DNA of 64,000 nucleotides from Patescibacteria group bacterium (GTDB taxonomy: Bacteria > Patescibacteriota > JABMPQ01 > JAQVVF01). The notes below the pieces were generated by a model. The model did no database searches, was not told where the DNA came from, and saw only the letters and a program-made list of their open reading frames with translations. The stretch is from positions 385,511 to 449,510 of the forward strand of contig JBAZSC010000001.1 in the NCBI GenBank assembly GCA_041662665.1, written 5' to 3'. Below, piece by piece: positions 56,772 through 64,000 of this stretch. Both the position numbers and the translations under genes were made by a program. How positions within the stretch are numbered: position 1 is the stretch's first letter; each line of letters starts with the position of its first letter.

Positions 56772-56903
56772 TTTCTAATTTTCAATTTCTAATTTCTATT
56801 AAATGTCTAATAATCTAATTTTTAAACCTTCATGTCGTCGTCGATGTTTAGAAATTAATTATTAAAAATTTAATAGAAATTTAGAATTAGAAATTGAAAA
56901 TTT
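56767..56903. repeat. Heptamer inverted-arm hairpin (TTTCTAA / TTAGAAA)
   Basis: ctaatttctaattttcaatttctaatttcta ... tagaaatttagaattagaaattgaaaattt. Confidence 0.9.
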
Positions 56904-56910
56904 TCACGTT

Positions 56911-57921
56911 ATGTTTATAAAAAAAATCGGCATTGATTTAGGTACAGCAAACTCAGTTGTTTATCTTCCAAAAAAAGGTATTGTTTTGAATGAGCCATCA
57001 GTTGTTGCAGTTTCAATAGATGATAATTCAATTCTTGCAGTTGGTAATGAAGCAAAACAAATGCTTGGTCGAACACCAGACACAATTGTTGCTTCTCGTC
57101 CAATGAAAGATGGAGTTATCGCAGATTATCGTGTTACTGAAGCAATGCTCAAATATTTTATTAACAAATCAATTGGCAATGTCAGACTTTTTCGTCCAGA
57201 AGTTATGGTTGCAGTTCCAGCTGGTATTACTTCAACAGAGAGAAGAGCTGTAGTTGATGCTACAATGAATGCTGGTGCAAAAGCTGCATATATCATCAAA
57301 GAGCCAATCGCTGCTGCTATCGGTGCTGGAATTCCAATCGCTCAATCTTGTGGAAATATGATTATTGATATTGGCGGCGGAACAACTGAGGTTGCTGTTA
57401 TTTCTTTAGGTGGCATTGTTGCTGTGAATTCAGTTCGTGTTGCTGGAAACAAATTAGATATGGCTATTGCAAATTATATCCGCAAAAAACATGGTTTAGT
57501 TATCGGTGACAGAACAGCTGAAGAAATCAAAATTAAAATTGGTACAGCTTTACCAGTTGAAAAAGAAGATTCAATAGAAATCCGAGGCCGTGATATGGTT
57601 CGAGGTCTTCCAAAAAATATTATTGTTACTTCAAATGAAACAACTGAAGCAATTCAAGACGAACTTCGTGAAATTGTTCAAGCTGCCAAAGCAGTTTTGC
57701 AAGAAACTCCTCCAGAATTATCAGCAGATGTCATGGATAAAGGCATGATTTTATCAGGTGGTGGAGGATTGTTAAGAAATTTAGATCAACTTTTAGCCAA
57801 GGCAACAGGTGTTCCATGTTATGTTGCCGAAGATCCGCTTTTATGTGTTGTTAAAGGAACAGCAGCTGCTTTAGAGAATCTTGATTCGTATAAGAGAAGC
57901 GTTTTAGCTTCTAAAAGGTAA
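56911..57921 (+). CDS. mreB: Rod shape-determining protein MreB
   Basis: IGIDLGTAN, EPSVVA, PMKDGVIAD, DIGGGTTEVA, TPPEL. Confidence 0.96.
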   Translation: MFIKKIGIDLGTANSVVYLPKKGIVLNEPSVVAVSIDDNSILAVGNEAKQMLGRTPDTIVASRPMKDGVIADYRVTEAMLKYFINKSIGNVRLFRPEVMVAVPAGITSTERRAVVDATMNAGAKAAYIIKEPIAAAIGAGIPIAQSCGNMIIDIGGGTTEVAVISLGGIVAVNSVRVAGNKLDMAIANYIRKKHGLVIGDRTAEEIKIKIGTALPVEKEDSIEIRGRDMVRGLPKNIIVTSNETTEAIQDELREIVQAAKAVLQETPPELSADVMDKGMILSGGGGLLRNLDQLLAKATGVPCYVAEDPLLCVVKGTAAALENLDSYKRSVLASKR

Positions 57922-57951
57922 AATCCTAAGCACTAATATCTAAATTCTAAA

Positions 57952-57971
57952 CCTGCCTACCGGCAGGCAGG
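57952..57971. repeat. 20-bp near-perfect palindrome CCTGCCTACCGGCAGGCAGG inside a heptamer arm
   Basis: GC-rich palindrome splitting TTCTAAA|CAAA. Confidence 0.85.
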
Positions 57972-58060
57972 CAAACTCAAAATACAAATGTTCAAATTTA
58001 ATCTTATTCTGAATAATAAAAAAACCGCAAACACAAGTTTAACGGTTAAACAGAGAGCAA

Positions 58061-58273
58061 TTATTTTAAAGAAATGGTAATTCTCGGCAGAACATCTTGG
58101 CTGATATCGAGTTCAATGTTTAATAATTGATTATTTTCATAAACGAATCTACCAAGCGCTTCTAAAAGGGTGTCACCAAAAACTTCGATGTGATGCTTGC
58201 CCTTTAAACAAACATTGACTTTTTCTTTACCACTTGCGGGTTCCACTTTTCTCGTAACGATCAGTTTTGCCAT
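58061..58273 (-). CDS. Small orphan protein (SD-cassette class)
   Basis: AAGGAGGAGG SD; TTGTAA-17-TATTAT promoter; AACCG..CGGTT terminator hairpin at about 58020-58050. Confidence 0.7.
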   Translation of the reverse strand: MAKLIVTRKVEPASGKEKVNVCLKGKHHIEVFGDTLLEALGRFVYENNQLLNIELDISQDVLPRITISLK

Positions 58274-58411
58274 TTTCTTCCTCCTCCTTTTTCCGGACCA
58301 GAATAATATAGTATAATAAAACCGATTACAAAAAACAATAGTTTTTAGATTTTATATTTTGATCATTTAGATTTGTTTAGTATTTAGAATTTAGGATTTA
58401 GAATTTTAGCC

Positions 58412-59527
58412 ATGATAATAGGCATAGACGCTTCAAGAGCAAACAAACAAGTCAAAACCGGGACAGAATGGTATTCATATAACCTTATTTTAGAATTAGC
58501 AAAATTAGATAAAAATAATCAATATAATTTATATTCTCCTGATAAATTAAAAGGCGAGTTAGCAAAATTACCGCAAAATTTCAAGGAACAAGTTTTATCT
58601 TGGCCACCAAAATATCTTTGGACAATGGTTAGGCTTTCTTATGAAATGAAAAAAAATCCGCCAGATATTTTATTTGTTCCAGCTCACATTATTCCTTTAG
58701 CCTCGCCAAAAAAAACAGTAACTACAATTTGCGATATTGGTTTTAAATCTCATCCTGAATTATATTCTAATAAAGAAATCAAATATCATAATTTTGGTTT
58801 AGAGCAAGCTATCAAAAAAGCAGCATTGATTCTAACTATTTCTGAATTTACAAAACAAGAAATGATTAAATTCTGCAATATTGATCCAAGTAGAATTAAA
58901 GTAATTTATTTAGGCTTCAGCCAAAATGATTACAAAAAAATTGATGATCAAAACGCAATTCAAAATATCAAAGATAAATATAAATTACCAGAAAATTATT
59001 TATTTTACACTGGCAGATTAAATTTGAAAAAGAACATCTTAAATTTAGTAAAAGCTTTTAAAAATATAATTGCAGATCCAAAATTTAAGGATTACAAATT
59101 AGTTTTAGCTGGCGTACCTGAGAATGGTTATGATTTAATAGAAGAAGAAATTAATAAAAATAATTTACGCGATAAAATTATTGAACTTGGCTGGACAAAG
59201 GAAGAAGATTTGCCATATCTGATGAATGGTGCAAAATTATTTGTTTTTCCATCAAATTATGAAGGCTTTGGTATTCCGCCGTTAGAAGCAATGGCTTGCG
59301 GAACATTAGTTGTTTCTTCAAATGCCGCATCTTTGCCAGAAGTTACTGGCGAGGCAGCCATATTATTTGATCCAAAAAATGTTGATGAAATGACTGAAAA
59401 AATTAAATTGGGCTTAAGCGATGAAAATTTAAGATATAATTTAATAGAAAAAGGTTTTCAGCAAATCAAAAAATTCTCTTGGGAAAAATGCGCTAGAGAA
59501 ACATTAGATATTTTGAAAAAAGTATAA
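58412..59527 (+). CDS. GT4 family glycosyltransferase
   Basis: TISEFTK, GRLNLKKN, FVFPSNYEGFGIPPLEAMACG. Confidence 0.93.
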   Translation: MIIGIDASRANKQVKTGTEWYSYNLILELAKLDKNNQYNLYSPDKLKGELAKLPQNFKEQVLSWPPKYLWTMVRLSYEMKKNPPDILFVPAHIIPLASPKKTVTTICDIGFKSHPELYSNKEIKYHNFGLEQAIKKAALILTISEFTKQEMIKFCNIDPSRIKVIYLGFSQNDYKKIDDQNAIQNIKDKYKLPENYLFYTGRLNLKKNILNLVKAFKNIIADPKFKDYKLVLAGVPENGYDLIEEEINKNNLRDKIIELGWTKEEDLPYLMNGAKLFVFPSNYEGFGIPPLEAMACGTLVVSSNAASLPEVTGEAAILFDPKNVDEMTEKIKLGLSDENLRYNLIEKGFQQIKKFSWEKCARETLDILKKV

Positions 59528-59595
59528 AAAATGTTAATAACTTTTTTCGTATCTATGCTATATTAAATACAAAGTTATCACATAAAACAAAATAA

Positions 59596-61455
59596 ATGAA
59601 AAAACATTTTCTTGGGAGTATTATTTTTGCATTTCTATTTTTTGTTTTCAGCTTTTTTTTAAACAATCAAGCGTTTGCCAGAACGAGCTCAACTTGGAGC
59701 GCAGTTGGTACTTCCGGAATGAACGCCTCAGTTGATGCCTTAGCAGTTTATAATAATGAATTGTATGCTGGTGGATCTTTCACAACAGCTGATGGGATCA
59801 CAACAAATTGTATTGCAAAATGGAATGGCACGAGCTGGAGCAAAGTTGGTTCTACTGGCTTTACAGATGGAGACGTATATAGTTTAGCAGTTTATAATAA
59901 TGAGTTATACGCTGGCGGATCTTTTGGCACAATAGATGGAATTTCCGCGTTTGCTATTGCAAAATGGAATGGAACAGCCTGGAGTAAGGTAGGTACTATT
60001 GGCATGAATGGTGCAGTCAATGCATTAGTCGTATATAATGACAAATTATATGCCGGAGGTGATTTTACAACAGCTGATGCAGCTCCAGTTTTTTATATCT
60101 CTGCATGGAATGGTACTGTCTGGAGTGCAGTTGGTTCTTCGGGAATGGACAATGATATTAAATCATTAGCTACTTTTAATAATGAGTTATACGCCGGAGG
60201 AGCATTTACTACTGCAGATACAAACACTGTTAATCACATTGCTGTTTGGAGTGGTACTACTTGGAGCGCGGTCGGTTCTTCAGGAATGGACGGTAATGTC
60301 AATGCTTTAGCCGTTTTTAATAATCAATTATATGCTGGAGGAGCATTTACTACTGCAGATGCAAATACCGTTAATCGTATTGCAGTATTAAATGGGGCAA
60401 CTTGGAATGGGGTTGGCTCCTCAGGAATGGATGCGCAAATTAATACTTTTGCTGTTTACGATAATAATTTATATGTTGGAGGACAATTCACTACAGTAGA
60501 TTCAACAGCAATCAATTATATTGCTAAATGGAATGGAACTTCTTGGAGTGCTGTTGGTTCAGGCACAAATGGCAAAGTTTCAGCTTTAGAAGTTTACAAC
60601 GATGCATTATATGCAGGAGGATCTTTTACAGTTGCTGGCGGAATTACTGCGAATAGAATTGCCTCTTGGTTTATCGACTATATTGCTCCAACAACAACAG
60701 CCTCACCAGCTGGCGGTACATATGAAACAGATCAAACAGTAACATTAACCGCAACTGATGCAGATTCAACAATTTCAGCAACATATTACACTACTGACGG
60801 AACTACTCCAACAACTTCATCAACAGTTTACACTTCGCCAATTACAATTTCTCAAGATACAACTCTTAAATTCTTTTCAGTCGACAGTCTAGGAAATTCA
60901 GAAGAAGTAAAAACAGAAACATATATTATCGATCGTACAATTATCGCTGAAAGACATCTTAAAAAAGGAAAAAAAATCTATCTCTATTCAGGTTTGAATA
61001 GCAAGCAAATCGAAGGCAAGTCATTAATTATCAATTTTACTAAATTACCAAACAAATTAACAAAGAATCATAACTATTGGATTCAATTTGTTAGACATTC
61101 TGCTTATCCAGGAAGTCTAGAGCTTGGCTCTCATTTATCATTAAAAAAGTATTGGACATTTAAGACAAATTTAAATAAATACAAAGCAAAAAATTCAGAT
61201 CAGAAATTCAAATTTAAAATTGCCTACAAATATACAAAAAAAGAATTAAAAGCATTAAAAAAGATAAATCCAGCAATCACTCAAAAAGAGCTTAGACTGA
61301 AATATCGCGTTAAAGCTGGTTTGAACTGGTATCCAATTAGCAATAATTGGAAAAATGCAAAAATAAAACATAATACCTCAAAAAAGAAATTTATAGTAAA
61401 ATATTTCAAGAAATTTGCAAAAAGTACATATTATTTTGCGATTATTAAAAAGTAA
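59596..61455 (+). CDS. Secreted protein: ~7 repeats of ~46 aa (beta-propeller), Fn3-associated domain, basic C-terminal domain
   Basis: Repeated V.ALAVYNNELYAGGSFTT...IAKWNGT.W; YYTTDGTTP. Confidence 0.85.
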   Translation: MKKHFLGSIIFAFLFFVFSFFLNNQAFARTSSTWSAVGTSGMNASVDALAVYNNELYAGGSFTTADGITTNCIAKWNGTSWSKVGSTGFTDGDVYSLAVYNNELYAGGSFGTIDGISAFAIAKWNGTAWSKVGTIGMNGAVNALVVYNDKLYAGGDFTTADAAPVFYISAWNGTVWSAVGSSGMDNDIKSLATFNNELYAGGAFTTADTNTVNHIAVWSGTTWSAVGSSGMDGNVNALAVFNNQLYAGGAFTTADANTVNRIAVLNGATWNGVGSSGMDAQINTFAVYDNNLYVGGQFTTVDSTAINYIAKWNGTSWSAVGSGTNGKVSALEVYNDALYAGGSFTVAGGITANRIASWFIDYIAPTTTASPAGGTYETDQTVTLTATDADSTISATYYTTDGTTPTTSSTVYTSPITISQDTTLKFFSVDSLGNSEEVKTETYIIDRTIIAERHLKKGKKIYLYSGLNSKQIEGKSLIINFTKLPNKLTKNHNYWIQFVRHSAYPGSLELGSHLSLKKYWTFKTNLNKYKAKNSDQKFKFKIAYKYTKKELKALKKINPAITQKELRLKYRVKAGLNWYPISNNWKNAKIKHNTSKKKFIVKYFKKFAKSTYYFAIIKK

Positions 61456-61472
61456 AAAAATTTAATAAATGC

Positions 61473-61499
61473 ATAGAAACGGGTTAAGCCCGTTTTTAT
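61473..61499 (+). terminator. Hairpin terminator or degenerate GTAG-type REP
   Basis: ATAGAAACGGG-ttaag-CCCGTTTTTAT. Confidence 0.65.
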
Positions 61500-61545
61500 T
61501 TGCTCTTTTAACGTTAGTAAATTTATGTTAAATTATATATGAGTT

Positions 61546-62433
61546 ATGAAAATAATCGGAAATGAAAGAATTCAGGAGGCCATCAAAAAAAGTGTTCAAA
61601 ACCACCAATTTTTTCATGCCTACCTATTTAGCGGACCTGCCAATCTTGGCAAAAAAACATTAGCTTTAGAATTCGCCAATCTCCTGAAATGCTCAAAGAA
61701 TGATATTCATATTCTAGAGAAAAATACCGCAATCAAAATTGATGAAGTCCGCGATTTACAGCACAAATTATTATTATCATCGCAATCAGAATTTAAAATA
61801 ATGATAATTGATGATGCAGCTAATATTACCAATCAAGCAGCAAGCGCTTTATTGAAAACTCTAGAGGAGCCATCAAGAAATACAGTTTTAATTTTGGTTA
61901 CATCCAACAAATCAAAAGTTTTGCCAACCATTATTTCTCGTTGCATTAATTATGAATTTAATCTAGTCAGTAAAGAAAAAATAAATCTTTTGCTGAATAA
62001 TCACAATTTGTCGGAGCAAGAAAAAAACCAGATCTTGCAATTTGCACAAGGCCGTCCTGGAATTGCTCTTGCATTAGCGAATAATAAAAATGGAATTCTT
62101 GCCAGACAAAAATTTATTTCTAGTTTTTCAAATTTATTAAATTCAGATATTAACTCAAAATTTATTTTTGTCGAAAAAATTTACAAAGAATCAAAAGAAA
62201 ATTTTAATAAAATAATTAATCTCTGGACTTCATTTTTTCGCGATTGTTTATTATTAAAATCAAATAATCCAAATCTAATTTTAAATCAGTCTAATTTAAA
62301 TGAGCTTAAGCAATTTTCAGAAAATAATGAAAAAATAAAAATAATTAATTTAATAAAATATCTTACAGAAATAAATAATGCTCCTAACATTAATGAAAAA
62401 CTAGCATTAGAAAATTTCTTTTTGAAGATATAA
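61546..62433 (+). CDS. holB: DNA polymerase III delta-prime subunit
   Basis: HAYLFSGPANLGK, IKIDEVR, ASALLKTLEEP, LPTIISRC. Confidence 0.92.
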   Translation: MKIIGNERIQEAIKKSVQNHQFFHAYLFSGPANLGKKTLALEFANLLKCSKNDIHILEKNTAIKIDEVRDLQHKLLLSSQSEFKIMIIDDAANITNQAASALLKTLEEPSRNTVLILVTSNKSKVLPTIISRCINYEFNLVSKEKINLLLNNHNLSEQEKNQILQFAQGRPGIALALANNKNGILARQKFISSFSNLLNSDINSKFIFVEKIYKESKENFNKIINLWTSFFRDCLLLKSNNPNLILNQSNLNELKQFSENNEKIKIINLIKYLTEINNAPNINEKLALENFFLKI

Positions 62434-62484
62434 AATACTTTATAACTTTAAGAACTTTATAAACTTTATAACTACCAAATAAAT

Positions 62485-63525
62485 ATGCCAACAAAAAAAA
62501 TATCAATTCTAATATTTCTACTGGCATCAGTGATGTTAACAGGTTCAGCTTGCAATAAACCAAAAGATTTGTTTATTTACAAGACAGTTGATTCCGGCAA
62601 GAATTGGGAACAAAAAGCTGTATCAGAAAATAAAAAGTCATTAGCAACATTTAGTGTACTTTGCATTGCCATTGATAAAAATAATCCAAACAATATTGTC
62701 ATTGGAACTCTAGGCAACGGAATTATGAAGAGTCAAAATGCTGGCGATACTTGGCAACAAACTTCTTTGAAGCAAGGAACGATTAATGCAGTTGCAATTA
62801 ATCCAAAAGATAGTAATGTTATTTACGCTGGAGGAAGTATCGGAACATTAGGAAAAATGTACAAGAGTACAGATGCTGGAGCAAATTTCAACGAAATATA
62901 TTCTGAAACTCACGCAAAAATTGACGTTATGAGTATTCTAGTTGATCATTTTAATCCAAAAATAATTTATGCAGGTTTGACTAATGGCGGATTTCTAAAA
63001 AGCTCTGATTCCGGCAACAGCTGGCTTGCAACTAACTGGTTTTCAGGCCCAGTTGCGACAATGGAAATGAGTCCAAAAGATTCTCGCAAAATTTATGTTG
63101 CAATCAAGGGCAGATTCGCTTATGTAACAAAAGATGGTGGAAAAACTTGGAAAGATTTGAAAGATAGTTTAGTCGATTTTCGCGGTGCTAATTTAATTAC
63201 TGCAATTCAATTTGATCCAAGAGATGATCGTATCATTTATCTAGGATCGCACTATGGCGTTACAAAATCTATAGATGACGGAAAAAAATGGATTGATACA
63301 GGATTATTATTAGATCCAGGAAAATTTACAAATGTGGCAATGGCAGTTAGTCCAAAAAGCCCAGAAATAATTTATGTCGGAGTTGATACTACAATTCATA
63401 AATCAGTTGACGGAGGAAAAAATTGGAATGTAAAAAAAATTACAAATAATGTAATAACTAGTTTAGTAATCGATCCAAAAAATACGCAAAATGTTTATAC
63501 TGGCATAATGGCAGTAAAACAATAG
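62485..63525 (+). CDS. Lipoprotein with BNR/Asp-box (YCF48-like) propeller
   Basis: Probable lipobox (GSAC); repeated KSxDxGxxW. Confidence 0.85.
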   Translation: MPTKKISILIFLLASVMLTGSACNKPKDLFIYKTVDSGKNWEQKAVSENKKSLATFSVLCIAIDKNNPNNIVIGTLGNGIMKSQNAGDTWQQTSLKQGTINAVAINPKDSNVIYAGGSIGTLGKMYKSTDAGANFNEIYSETHAKIDVMSILVDHFNPKIIYAGLTNGGFLKSSDSGNSWLATNWFSGPVATMEMSPKDSRKIYVAIKGRFAYVTKDGGKTWKDLKDSLVDFRGANLITAIQFDPRDDRIIYLGSHYGVTKSIDDGKKWIDTGLLLDPGKFTNVAMAVSPKSPEIIYVGVDTTIHKSVDGGKNWNVKKITNNVITSLVIDPKNTQNVYTGIMAVKQ

Positions 63526-63557
63526 ATAACTAAATTTTATAAAATAATTCAAAAAAT

Positions 63558-64000
63558 ATGCCTAATCAAATTATCAATCAAGCAAAGAAAAATATGGATG
63601 AATCTCTAGATTTTATGCAAAATGAATTAAGGAAATTCAAAACTGGCCGTGCTCAATCTGCATTGGTTGAAGATATTCTAGTCGAATATTATGGAACCAA
63701 GACTCCATTAAAACAAATTGCGACAATTAGTGTTCCTGAGCCAGCAATGATCTCAATTTCTCCATTTGATAAAAATTCAATTAAATCTATCGAAAAAGCA
63801 ATTTCAGAATCAAAGCTTAATTTAACTACTAGCAGTGATGGTCAAATCATCAGAATAAAAATTCCTCCATTGACAGAAGAGAGAAGACAAGAATTGGCTC
63901 AAGTTTTGAATCAAAAAGTCGAAGAAGTAAAAGTCTCAATCAGAAGCACTCGCGAAGAAACAATGAAAAAGCTTAAAGATATGGAATCTGCAAAACAAAT
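63558..64000 (+). CDS. frr: Ribosome recycling factor (3' truncated by window edge; absent from the ORF track)
   Basis: Manual translation ...KTGRAQSALVEDILVEYYGTKTPLKQIATIS...IPPLTEERRQEL. Confidence 0.95.
   Translation, partial: MPNQIINQAKKNMDESLDFMQNELRKFKTGRAQSALVEDILVEYYGTKTPLKQIATISVPEPAMISISPFDKNSIKSIEKAISESKLNLTTSSDGQIIRIKIPPLTEERRQELAQVLNQKVEEVKVSIRSTREETMKKLKDMESAKQ

Noticed and set aside
806-57103. Many short overlapping or antisense ORFs in the track (e.g. 806, 1257, 2468, 2809, 4620, 28112, 45620, 50862, 55988)
   Set aside because: They lie on the opposite strand or an alternate frame of well-supported genes and show no recognisable motifs.
1-64000. Alternative genetic code (UGA recoding as in Gracilibacteria/Absconditabacteria)
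   Set aside because: Conserved genes are full length under code 11, and TGA serves as a stop (e.g. the response regulator at 23373).

Overview
AT-rich (about 30% GC by eye) bacterial chromosomal window, most consistent with Patescibacteria/CPR (Parcubacteria-like). The lineage call is an inference from gene content: short AlaRS, trimmed dcw cluster, sigma4/HARE-HTH protein, VirD4-like pair, FtsA-like plus baseplate-J-like pair, and Shine-Dalgarno (SD)-less core genes. Core loci: mltG (partial), rplJ-rplL with L10 leader, mraZ-rsmH-ftsL-ftsI-murF, a two-component pair, CIRCE-hrcA-grpE-dnaK-dnaJ, mnmA, alaS, infA-rpmJ-rpsM-rpsK-rpsD-rpoA-rplQ-rplM-rpsI, murA, mreB, holB, frr (partial), tRNA-Glu(CTC), tRNA-Lys(TTT) and a broken tRNA-Glu. 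Three patterns stand out. (1) About 30 intergenic elements are built from degenerate 7-11 nt tandem repeats, often as two inverted arms, with many different units; one arm sits in-frame inside mnmA. (2) About 10 small orphan genes each carry their own sigma70 promoter and a short purine/GGA-rich SD leader, unlike the core genes, and two of them encode internally duplicated CsrA-like proteins. (3) Three secreted proteins carry unrelated passenger domains on a shared basic C-terminal domain. Several GC-rich palindromic mini-elements also occur, some inside genes. No CRISPR array, transposase, integrase, reverse transcriptase or rRNA was seen. All calls are by eye, without database searches.
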